Source of the DNA: a virus | Taxonomy: Duplodnaviria > Heunggongvirae > Uroviricota > Caudoviricetes | Strand: one strand, 5' to 3' | IMG/VR virus record: IMGVR_UViG_3300001528_000192 | Location: 64,001-128,000 of that record | Length of the DNA stretch: 64,000 nucleotides | In this document: piece after piece, positions 1 to 8,251 of the stretch | How positions within the stretch are numbered: the stretch's first letter is position 1 | Layout: each line of letters begins with the position of its first letter | Made by a program: the position numbers and the translations under genes | Notes under the pieces: generated by a model | Told to the model about the DNA's origin: nothing | The model's database searches: none | The model's input: only the letters and a program-made list of their open reading frames with translations

Positions 1-723
1 AATGCTTTTGATTTATTTGATATTAATAACCCTAACGCCACTTTATTATGCAGCAAGTTTACTGTTAATCCTGTTAATAAATTCGACAATGCAGTTGGGG
101 TTAACATCACACCTCTCAATCTCTATAGTTTGCCGAATACATTCATAGTGTCTACAGACAATCAAACAGAGCAGAACTATAATGCAAATACCTTAACTGT
201 AGAAAGAAATTTCATTTCTATCTCAAGACCCGTATATATGTTAGATAAGACATATACGGCATCAGTATTATATAGCAAATTGTTTAATCAAAACTCCATA
301 GTGCTGAATGTTAACGTGTATGCTGAAGATGTAATTTCCACATTAAAAGTGCTTTTACATATAGAGGATGGAAAATTTACTAAGCTGCTTGTAGTTGAAG
401 ATAAATTTAATCTATCTAGATACATAACTCTTAGTATAAATGCAGATTATTATGTCGATATAAATAAGTCATCAAGTGTTGGCACTCTACTATATAATTT
501 CTAGGGCTTTGCCTTCAATTCTACAAGTAACTTGTCTCTTGCAAGCTATTATATGACTAGGGGAACTACCACATAGTGCCCTGTGCTAACTTCTACAGAT
601 AAGGGATTTGAATATTACGACACAACGCTAAATAAGCAAATAATCTGGAATGGTACTGAATGGACTAATTTAGATGGAACAAGCTTAGATACTCCTATAA
701 ATGAATGGACAACTATAGAATAA
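1..723 (+). CDS. Tail fibre/spike protein, C-terminal part (5' truncated; TAG=Gln at 502 and 574)
   Basis: Frame open from base 1 to TAA 721-723 if TAG is read through. C-terminus GTTTQCPVLTSTDKGFEYYDTTLNKQIIWNGTEWTNLDGT resembles the GTTxQRP...YFDTTLxKPIxWNG motif of Bacteroidota phage tail proteins. Confidence 0.75.
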
Positions 724-735
724 TACTAATATATT

Positions 736-2523
736 ATGACAGAAATTAAACAACAATTTATTCAAGTAAAAACAAAGTCCAACTTTGAGACTAGACTCAA
801 GGCTGGAGATGTTAAAGACACTTCAATAGCTTTTATTGAGGATTCAGATCAAATTTGGACCAAGGGAAAGTATTATTCAGCTGTTCCTAAAGAAGGTCAT
901 GAAAGGCAAATACTAGCATGGAAGGCTAGTGGAGAAGCTAAATGGGAAGATCTAGCAAATATGTTTACTGGTCTTGAGGAAGTATTAGCTTATGGTGTTC
1001 AGTTTGACATGACTGTAGCTGACCCACATCTTACTCGTATTGGTAATATGTCTCTTCACAAGTCACTTCCAATTCAGTCTCAATTGAAGGGTTGTATTGC
1101 ACAAGGAGATAAAGTAATCTATTGGTTAAACGAGTCTGATTGGAGATTTAGGAAAGAAGCTGTAACTCAGTCAGTAGAACTGACAGTTGCTGATGATACT
1201 TATACTATTGTAGCTGATGTATTCAGCACCCTACAATACGATAAGCAATGGGTAAAAGTAGATGGAGTAGCTTGCCAAATCAGTAGTATTGATACTAGTA
1301 CTAAGACTGCAACACTTCTTGCTAATGAGGAGCTTAAAGCTCTTTCTCTAGAGGGTGCTACAAAATCCATAGAACTTGGAGCAGTTTTGAATGGTTACGA
1401 CGGTACTGTACGAGTATATTGCCCAGCTTTCTATATTAAGTCTGCAGTAAATGATAGTGTAGCTAAAGTATGGTTATCTACTGTTAAGATTGATGATACT
1501 TACACTTATCAACCAGAAATCTTAGTTGATGCATATAGAAGTACAGTTCTAAATACTGTTCCAGAGAATATGGGATACCTTAGTACTCTTGTTGTGAATA
1601 GTGCTATTTCTGTGGTAAATACTAATACATATTGTAGAGGTGGTGGAAATAGAAGTGGTAATGATCAGTATTTAGCAACTGATCCATTTAGAACTGATCT
1701 AGGTAAGCCTAGAACTAATATTTCTAGAGCTACTATGAGGACATATTCTAGGAATGCCGATTCTCAGATGCTGAGTTATGACCAGTATAAGAATATATTC
1801 TATTGGCTCTATGTTGTAGAGTACGCTAACTTCAACTCTCAAGAAGCATACAATGCAACTCTCACGGATGATGGTTATCGTCAAGGAGGTATGGGAGCTA
1901 GTATTACTAATATGGGTAACTGGAACGAGTATAATGGATACTATCCGCTAACTCCTTGTGGTTATGGTAATACTCTTGGAAATGGAACTGGACTTGTGTC
2001 TTTAACTATTCCAGAATTTACTTATGGTTCTGACAGTACAGTAAGAGCTGCACAAACAATGCAAATGGCTAGATGGAGAGGATTTGATAACCCATTTGGA
2101 GACATTTGGACTAATCTAGACGGAATCATAATAGGCGCTGATGCAGACAATCATCCTAATAATATGAATTATGTATATACATGCCAGGATGCTAGTAAGT
2201 ATGCTGATGCTCTTAATGATTCATATGTTAAGGTAGGAGAGGAAATACATCAGGATGGATATACTAAGTCATTTGACCTAGGAGATGCCGCTCATATAAT
2301 TCCTCATGTTATGGGAGGTAATACTACCCAATACATCTGTGATTATCACTGGACAGGAAGTAAAGATAAGACCTTGCGTACGCTTATCGTGGGCGGTAAC
2401 GCTCATGACGGCGCGCCGGCGGGTCTCGGTAACTTCAACTCGTATGGCGGCGTGTCGCTCGCCTGGGCGTATCTCGGCTTCCGGTCGGTTTCTAGTTTCT
2501 TGTCTTTCTCTTCAGATAAATAA
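736..2523 (+). CDS. DGR target protein, 595 aa, probable tail fibre/receptor-binding protein with C-terminal CLec-like variable domain
   Basis: Uninterrupted ORF ending in TAA. C-terminus LIVGGNAHDGAPAGLGNFNSYGGVSLAWAYLGFR is the VR. Lies among tail genes. Confidence 0.9.
   Translation: MTEIKQQFIQVKTKSNFETRLKAGDVKDTSIAFIEDSDQIWTKGKYYSAVPKEGHERQILAWKASGEAKWEDLANMFTGLEEVLAYGVQFDMTVADPHLTRIGNMSLHKSLPIQSQLKGCIAQGDKVIYWLNESDWRFRKEAVTQSVELTVADDTYTIVADVFSTLQYDKQWVKVDGVACQISSIDTSTKTATLLANEELKALSLEGATKSIELGAVLNGYDGTVRVYCPAFYIKSAVNDSVAKVWLSTVKIDDTYTYQPEILVDAYRSTVLNTVPENMGYLSTLVVNSAISVVNTNTYCRGGGNRSGNDQYLATDPFRTDLGKPRTNISRATMRTYSRNADSQMLSYDQYKNIFYWLYVVEYANFNSQEAYNATLTDDGYRQGGMGASITNMGNWNEYNGYYPLTPCGYGNTLGNGTGLVSLTIPEFTYGSDSTVRAAQTMQMARWRGFDNPFGDIWTNLDGIIIGADADNHPNNMNYVYTCQDASKYADALNDSYVKVGEEIHQDGYTKSFDLGDAAHIIPHVMGGNTTQYICDYHWTGSKDKTLRTLIVGGNAHDGAPAGLGNFNSYGGVSLAWAYLGFRSVSSFLSFSSDK
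2377..2512 (+). repeat. DGR variable repeat (VR)
   Basis: Aligns ungapped to 2747-2882 (offset 370). 28 mismatches opposite TR adenines and 1 non-A mismatch (TR T2788 / VR G2418). Confidence 0.95.
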
Positions 2524-2556
2524 TTAGAGGCAAAAGGTAAAATAAATAAAAGAGAA

Positions 2557-2577
2557 AAGTAATTAACTTAATTACTT
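2557..2577. other. Near-perfect palindrome AAGTAATTAA-C-TTAATTACTT downstream of VR
   Basis: 10-bp inverted repeat with a 1-nt spacer, 45 nt after the VR end. Confidence 0.6.
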
Positions 2578-2607
2578 CCTTAGTGTGTAAACCCAGTAGA
2601 TGATAGT

Positions 2608-2630
2608 GAAGCAGGATTGATTCCTGCTTC
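2608..2630. other. Hairpin GAAGCAGGA-TTGAT-TCCTGCTTC (terminator or DGR cis element)
   Basis: Perfect 9-bp stem followed by CTATTGTTTACTTTT. Confidence 0.55.
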
Positions 2631-2746
2631 CTATTGTTTACTTTTAGAAACATTTTAGGAATGCATCCAACGAAAGTACGTGATTTTACTGATTTTCGTT
2701 GAGAGGATTGCTGGAACTCATGTACTAGTACTATTTGTCGATAAAC

Positions 2747-2882
2747 AAAACACTTATCGTAGGCAGTAACGCTAATAACGGCACGAATGCAGGTCTCAGT
2801 AACTTCAACTCGAATAACAGCGTGTCAAACACCTGGACGAATATCAGCTTCCAGTCAGTTTCTAGTTTCATGTCTTTCTCTT
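2747..2882 (+). repeat. DGR template repeat (TR), part of the non-coding DGR RNA
   Basis: Rich in AAC/AAT codons with 41 adenines. Identical to VR except at A positions and one T. Shares the pyrimidine-rich 3' end GTTTCTAGTTTC(A/T)TGTCTTTCTCTT (IMH-like). Confidence 0.95.
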
Positions 2883-3041
2883 TTATATTTCTTGTTTGGT
2901 TTCATCTCTCGGTGAAACTGACAAATTTTTCCTGAGGGTGTATATCCTTGCCACTTGGCAAAAGATAAAGTATATAAACAAACTGTGTTAGTAACGAAAG
3001 TGAACGCTCGGTTAGCATAATATAAAAATTGTGTTACTATA

Positions 3042-4295
3042 GTGAAGAGGGTTAAGGACTTGTATCCAAAAATCTATGACTAGAAGAACATAGAATTAGC
3101 CGATGAAAAGGCTAGAAAATGTAAGAGAAATAGATATGGAGTAAGAAAACACGACGAGCATAGAGATATAGATAACTATGCATTGCATTTAGCATTAAGA
3201 GAACAAGATTACCATACATCAGAATATACTACTTATAAAATATATGAACCAAAGGAACGTCTAATATTTAGACTTCCATATTATCCAGATAGGATTACTC
3301 ATCATGCAATTATGAATGTGATGGAACCAGTCTGGACTAAGGTATTCACGAGAGATACCTATTCTTGCATTAAGGGAAGAGGTATTCATAGTCTAGTATA
3401 GAAACTGCAGTAGGACTTAAGAAAGGATCCAGAAGGTACAAAGTATTGTTTGAAAATTGATATTAGGAAATTCTATCCTAGTATTAATCATGAAATTCTA
3501 AAAGAAATCCTAAGAAAGAAGATAAAGGATAAGGCTTTACTAAAACTTCTGGATGAAATTATAGATTCTGCTGATGGTGTACCAATAGGTAATTATTTAT
3601 CTTAGTTCTTTGCTAATCTGTATATGACATACTTTGACCACTGGATAAAGGAAGAATTGAAGGTCAAATACTACTACAGATATGCAGATGATATAGTTCT
3701 ACTATCTGATAGTAAGGCTAAATTAAGGTCATGGTTTCTTGCTATGAAAATATATCTTACTCAAGTATTAGACTTACACGTAAAAGACAATTATTAGATA
3801 TATCCTGTAGAGTCTAGAGGAATAGACTTCGTAGGATATGTTTGTTATCATAACCATACACTACTAAGGAAAAGTATTAAGCTAAGACTATGGAAATTAG
3901 TAGATGCTTATTGTAACAAGAAAATAAGTAAGGAGACTTATGTAGCACGCATGGCATCCTATTCTGGATGGCTGAAGTATTGTGATTCTAAGAACTTACT
4001 AAAGAAGATAGAGGGGAAAACTAATTTTAGATACTCAGGTTGGAATGGAATAAAGACTAGAATAAGTAAATTCAAAGGGAAATGGATTTATCTAGTTAAT
4101 ATAGTACCTCACAGAAAGTACTTTGTTCTATAGTTTATGTATAATAAGAGAGCATATGAAGTGAGAAGCTAGAACAAATAGCTCTTTATTTATCTAAATT
4201 CAATACCTAAGTATCCTGCATCAATTAAAATTGAACAATGTTTACAGCGACAAAAATTGAATCTACCATTAAGCCTAAAGGATTTGAATCACTAA
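3042..4295 (+). CDS. DGR reverse transcriptase, about 417 aa (GTG start; 8 in-frame TAG=Gln)
   Basis: Motifs KERLIFRLPYYPDRITHHAI, KIDIRKFYPSI, GVPIGNYLS(TAG)FFANLY and YRYADD (YADD 3681-3692). TAG at 3081, 3399, 3411, 3603, 3795, 4131, 4170, 4179. First TAA at 4293. Confidence 0.93.
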
Positions 4296-4951
4296 ATAAT
4301 GGTATTTGGTATTATAATTATGACGTAGAGGAGAAAACAGTTAAAGTATCCTCTATGGACGGAGAAGAAACAGATGAAACTAGATATTCATATGTCCAGG
4401 TAAGAATTTCTGGGGAACCGACCTTATCTAAGTGTTTTGAAGCAATACTTAAAGAGTATAAGGATGAACATAACACTAGTCTTTATGACGTACTCCTATC
4501 AGAGGGAACTAATGATCAGATAGAGGACATTAACTATAACATAAAAGTTGATTTCAATATTGCTCCAGAGAAATCTCCGTTAGAAAGAGCCAAAGAGTTA
4601 GTACTTAGGGAAATTGATCAATATGATACCTCTTCTAACGTTAATGGCTTCATGTTGAACGGAGTTCAGGTATGGCTAAGCAAAGACACCAGGGTAGGAC
4701 TCATGAACTCTATAACTATAGAGAAAAATGCAGGAAAGGAGGAATCGGTATTGTGGCTAAATGGAATTTGTATTACAGTTAACTGTGATGCTGCAATTCA
4801 AATGTTAAGTTCTTTGGAATTATATGCTTTAGCTTGTTATAATAAAACAGCAGAGCATAAACTAGCGGTGAGTCAACTAACTGATGCCTCTAAGGTAAAA
4901 GCTTACGACTATACTGTTGGTTATCCAGAGAAGCTATCATTCACAATCTAA
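4238..4951 (+). CDS. DUF4376-like tail-associated protein, 237 aa
   Basis: C-terminal IDQYDTSSNVNGF...WLSKDTRVGL...LELYALACYNKTAEHK...YDYTVGYPEKL pattern recalled for DUF4376 phage proteins. Confidence 0.7.
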   Translation: MFTATKIESTIKPKGFESLNNGIWYYNYDVEEKTVKVSSMDGEETDETRYSYVQVRISGEPTLSKCFEAILKEYKDEHNTSLYDVLLSEGTNDQIEDINYNIKVDFNIAPEKSPLERAKELVLREIDQYDTSSNVNGFMLNGVQVWLSKDTRVGLMNSITIEKNAGKEESVLWLNGICITVNCDAAIQMLSSLELYALACYNKTAEHKLAVSQLTDASKVKAYDYTVGYPEKLSFTI

Positions 4952-5439
4952 TGTCTGCCTTTGCATTATCCTGTTTAATACTATCAATTATTATATATAC
5001 TGGATATACATCTTATATTAGGATCAAATATAAGCCAGACTGTATCTCATAGAGTTACTACTTATTACAGAATGGAAACATCTTTACTATGTGCATAGTA
5101 GCAATAGCTTTTCTTACCTTCCCTGCGTGGGTTGAAATCAGTCCTATATGCTTCTAGTTCCTTCCTTTCTTATCAGTAGTAGCCCTAATGCTAGTTGGAT
5201 TGTGCCCAAAATATTTGGGATAGGATAGGATTCCACATATAGCAGGTGCTAGTGTAACTTGCATATTATCTATAGTCTGGAACATAGTTTCAGGAACCCT
5301 ATTAATTCCAACGCTACTATTGATAGTGTTAATACTTTTATTTGCATTCAATGTTAGAGATAAGTTATTCTGGACAGAATGTTTAGCATTCTTAAATATT
5401 TATTCTTCAATAATTATCAAGGCGAGCCTGGTCTTATGA
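4951..5439 (+). CDS. Multi-pass membrane protein, 162 aa (3 TAG=Gln)
   Basis: ATG overlaps the upstream TAA (TAATG). Several hydrophobic stretches. Ends in TGA. Absent from the standard-code track. Confidence 0.75.
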
Positions 5440-5455
5440 CCAGGCTTTTCTTGTT
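5425..5455 (+). terminator. Intrinsic terminator
   Basis: AGCCTGGTC-TTAT-GACCAGGCT, a perfect 9-bp stem followed by a T-rich tract. Confidence 0.8.
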
Positions 5456-5516
5456 TATACACAAATATCCAAAATAAAATTTTCAGTTATTTTTAACATT
5501 TGTTAACACTATTTAA

Positions 5517-5547
5517 TTTGGATTCCTTGAAATAAGTTGTAATTTTG
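5517..5547 (+). promoter_or_regulatory. Bacteroidota housekeeping-sigma-type promoter (-33 TTTG / -7 TAnnTTTG)
   Basis: TTTG 5517-5520, 19-nt spacer, TAATTTTG 5540-5547. Lies in the intergenic region after a terminator. Confidence 0.7.
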
Positions 5548-5654
5548 ATTGTTACAAAATTGTATCAGTTCAATTACGAAGCGCTTCAGTTTAAAACCAG
5601 ATTCATTTTAGTATTATAGATTTTTTATTATAACAATCTTCTAAATATAATTTT

Positions 5655-6656
5655 ATGTCTGACAGTAAAGTTTTTATGTTCCCTGAGAATGGAACAAACA
5701 ACAACGGACTAGTATCAATGTTAGCCCCATTGCTTCAGCAAAGGGGAGTAGATCCTAATGTATTACTTGCCATGAAGAACAATTCTGGCTTCGGAGGAGA
5801 AGGTGGATGGTTTATGTGGGTAATATTCTTATTCTTCCTCATGGGATGGGGCGGAAATGGATGGAATGGCTTCGGCAACCGTGGAAATGGTCAAGTAGGA
5901 GCAGATTTAGGTAACTTAATTAACAATGATTCTGGACGTGAACTTTTAATGCAAGCTATTCAAGGAAATGGTAACGCTATTAGTCAGCTTGCTACAACCC
6001 TTAATTGTACTCTTGGTGATATTCAAGGTGCTATTAATGGAGTTATGTCACACATACAAGGAGTAGGAAACCAAGTAGGTATGTCTTCTCAGCAAATCAT
6101 TAATGCAATTCAAGCTGGTAATTCTCAAATTGCTAGCAGGCTTGCAGACTGCTGCTGCGAAAATAGGCTAGCTACTTGTCAATAGACTAACACCTTACAG
6201 AATGCAATAAATACTGTTGCAACTGGATAGGAAAGAGGTTTCTCTTCTGTTGCCTATGAAACACAAAGGCAAACTTGTGACATCAGAGACAGTATAAAAT
6301 CTGCAACAGATTCAATCTTGGCAGGTCAAAGAGATGCAGAAATGAGAGAAATGCAGAATAAGATTGATGCTTTGCGAGAGGCAAATTCTCAGAAAGATGT
6401 AGTAATTAATAACGGACAACAAACAGCCATCTTTAATCAGATGATTCAATCTGCCACTGCGCCATTAGCAGGAGCTTTAGCCACTCTGCAGAGTGATGTA
6501 AATGGTGTTAAATGTAAGCTTCCAGAAACTGTAACATTGCCTTACAGTTGCGCAACAGCAGTTCCAACTAACCTCCTTTATGGATATAATCTGGGATTGT
6601 CTACTTATGGACTTAATGGTGGATGCGCATGTGGAACCAACTCTCTATGGGGTTGA
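5655..6656 (+). CDS. Conserved phage protein with Gly/Trp-rich hydrophobic segment, heptad region and CCC motif, 333 aa (TAG at 6183, 6228)
   Basis: Two track fragments join in frame: CCCENRLATCQ(Q)TNTLQNAINTVATG(Q)ERGFSSVAYETQRQTC. Ends in TGA. Confidence 0.85.
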
Positions 6657-6669
6657 GAAAGGAGGGAGT

Positions 6670-7008
6670 ATGATATTACCTGCTTATATTAACGTAAACG
6701 CTGGAGGTATTCCTACTCTTCGCTCTCTGTCTGTAACTGTTACATCTACCAAAGTGTAGTTTGACTTTAACAACCATAGGAACGTCGGAAGACCTTATAG
6801 AGGACTTTTGATAGTTAATCTTGCTTAGGCAATTCCATCTGGAACTACTACAACTCTTCCAGTGGTATTTACTACTGCTGGGGGCAATGAACAAGCTCTA
6901 GTAGGATTAAATGAGGCTCCTATTACAGTTGCTGACATAACGGGAACTGGAGTATACCTACTATGGTATGAAAGTTAGACTAATACGTTACAGTTAATTA
7001 ACCTTTAA
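6670..7008 (+). CDS. Hypothetical protein, 112 aa (3 TAG=Gln)
   Basis: ATG preceded by GGAGGGAG. Open to TAA 7006 with TAG read-through. Fills the gap between neighbours. Confidence 0.75.
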
Positions 7009-7020
7009 TGAATTATAACT

Positions 7021-7500
7021 ATGTTTTCAGCTTTAAGGTAGGGAAGTGTAATTTACATTTTAGAGAAAGGGGAGAATCCTAGTCTCAAAGTGGGACAGGT
7101 AGTAAGTATAACACAACCAAGCTATAGTAATAATTTTTTGATGAATGGATCGACTATCGACATTAGTGTAAAAGTAGGAGAACAAAATATGGACTTTAAA
7201 AATGTTCCATCCTCCTAGTCAGTAACTAATTACAACAATGTGATTATTACGGAGACAAAGGAATTAATGTCAAGCGAAGTTGATAATATGTTATAGAGTA
7301 GTAAGAGTATTGTGGATAGTGTTGCTTATCATAATAATGTGATCTCCTCTTGTGAAAATATCCTTAAAGACCTCAATCCTCGCTTTGCCAAAGAGAAGGA
7401 ACGTGATGAGGATATAAGTAACTTAAAAAACAAGATAGGAGGAATAGAATCTAAGATGGACAAAATACTTACCCTATTATCTAAGGAGGGAACTAAATAA
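7021..7500 (+). CDS. Hypothetical protein with C-terminal coiled coil, 159 aa (3 TAG=Gln)
   Basis: MFSALR(Q)GSVIYILEK start is in frame with track fragment 7312-7500. Ends in TAA. Confidence 0.8.
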
Positions 7501-7510
7501 TATTGTTACT

Positions 7511-7735
7511 ATGAAAGGATTTATTGAAATTAAAGAGGATTCTTATGAAGATACTATTGAACATCTTCATAGAATAAAATTGCTTGCTTGTAAACTTATA
7601 AAGATGCTTTCTGAACATTCAGAAGTATATGACAAAGATGATGACTATGAAGACGAGGATGAAGATATGAGAGATAGACGCTACGGCTACAAGGAATCTA
7701 TGTCTCGTAAATCTAAGGGAAGATATAATTATTAA
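7511..7735 (+). CDS. Small acidic/basic hypothetical protein, 74 aa
   Basis: ORF track. Fills the gap and is followed by a terminator. Confidence 0.7.
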   Translation: MKGFIEIKEDSYEDTIEHLHRIKLLACKLIKMLSEHSEVYDKDDDYEDEDEDMRDRRYGYKESMSRKSKGRYNY

Positions 7736-7742
7736 TAATAGG

Positions 7743-7779
7743 TAGGCGGTGGCAGATTATTTTGCTTCCGCCTATTTTT
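7743..7779 (+). terminator. Intrinsic terminator
   Basis: TAGGCGG...CCGCCTA stem followed by TTTTT. Confidence 0.65.
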
Positions 7780-7789
7780 GTTTAAAGCT

Positions 7790-8167
7790 ATGAAAGAGGA
7801 TTTTACTGAATATGATATTAAACCTGAGAGTTTCCTTAACTACTTAAGGTACTATGGGCCACATTTTAACAAGAAATTGTGTGAATTTGCATGCAAACAA
7901 ATGTAGAAGGTGGAGTATTCTAAGGAAAAGCTTGATGTATTGCTACAATCTCATAATATTGAAATTCAAAATGCAAAACTGCACGATGCTGTATATGTTG
8001 CTAATTGGTGTAGAAATGTTTTCTATGGATCTAGTATTGCAGATGAGAAACATTTTGTTCTCTTTATAAAAGATATTTTTGATAAAGAGTCTAATTTCAT
8101 TTTCAATAGATGGTATGCAGATATGGCTAAGTAGGGTATTCCTATAGAATGGGAAGATATGATTTAA
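7790..8167 (+). CDS. Conserved hypothetical protein, 125 aa (2 TAG=Gln)
   Basis: YLRYYGPHFNKKLCEFA...RWYADMAK(Q)GIPIEWEDMI. Ends in TAA. Confidence 0.8.
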
Positions 8168-8168
8168 A

Positions 8169-8209
8169 TAAATGCCTAGTGTTCATTTCGTTTGGACATT
8201 AGGCATTTA
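8169..8209 (+). terminator. 17-bp hairpin (2 G-U pairs), probable terminator
   Basis: TAAATGCCTAGTGTTCA-TTTCGTT-TGGACATTAGGCATTTA followed by TTGTTT. Confidence 0.6.
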
Positions 8210-8251
8210 TTGTTTATAATTGCAATATAAACTAATCAATAAGAATTTATT

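Larger units (their letters stand above)
736..4295 (+). mobile_element. Diversity-generating retroelement (target/VR - TR - RT; no avd seen)
   Basis: 136-bp VR/TR pair differing almost only at TR adenines, next to a reverse transcriptase with the DGR-type IGNYLSQ motif and YADD. Confidence 0.96.

Noticed and set aside
1828-1838. AACTTCAACTC match to TR as a second VR
   Set aside because: Only 11 nt (ANFNS codons). The flanks do not align and there is no IMH-like 3' end.
2306-2527. Alternative-frame 73-aa ORF over the VR
   Set aside because: Shadow of the GC-richer VR inside the real target gene.
2735-2935. 66-aa ORF as an avd or second target gene
   Set aside because: It is the open frame of the template repeat, too short for Avd and without an Avd-like sequence.
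3042-4295. RT as a group II intron or retron RT
   Set aside because: Has IGNYLSQ rather than PQG, no maturase/endonuclease domain seen, and an adjacent A-specific TR/VR pair.
4951-5439. Membrane protein as the holin
   Set aside because: Hydrophobic, but not adjacent to the endolysin and with no holin-specific feature. Left as unknown membrane protein.
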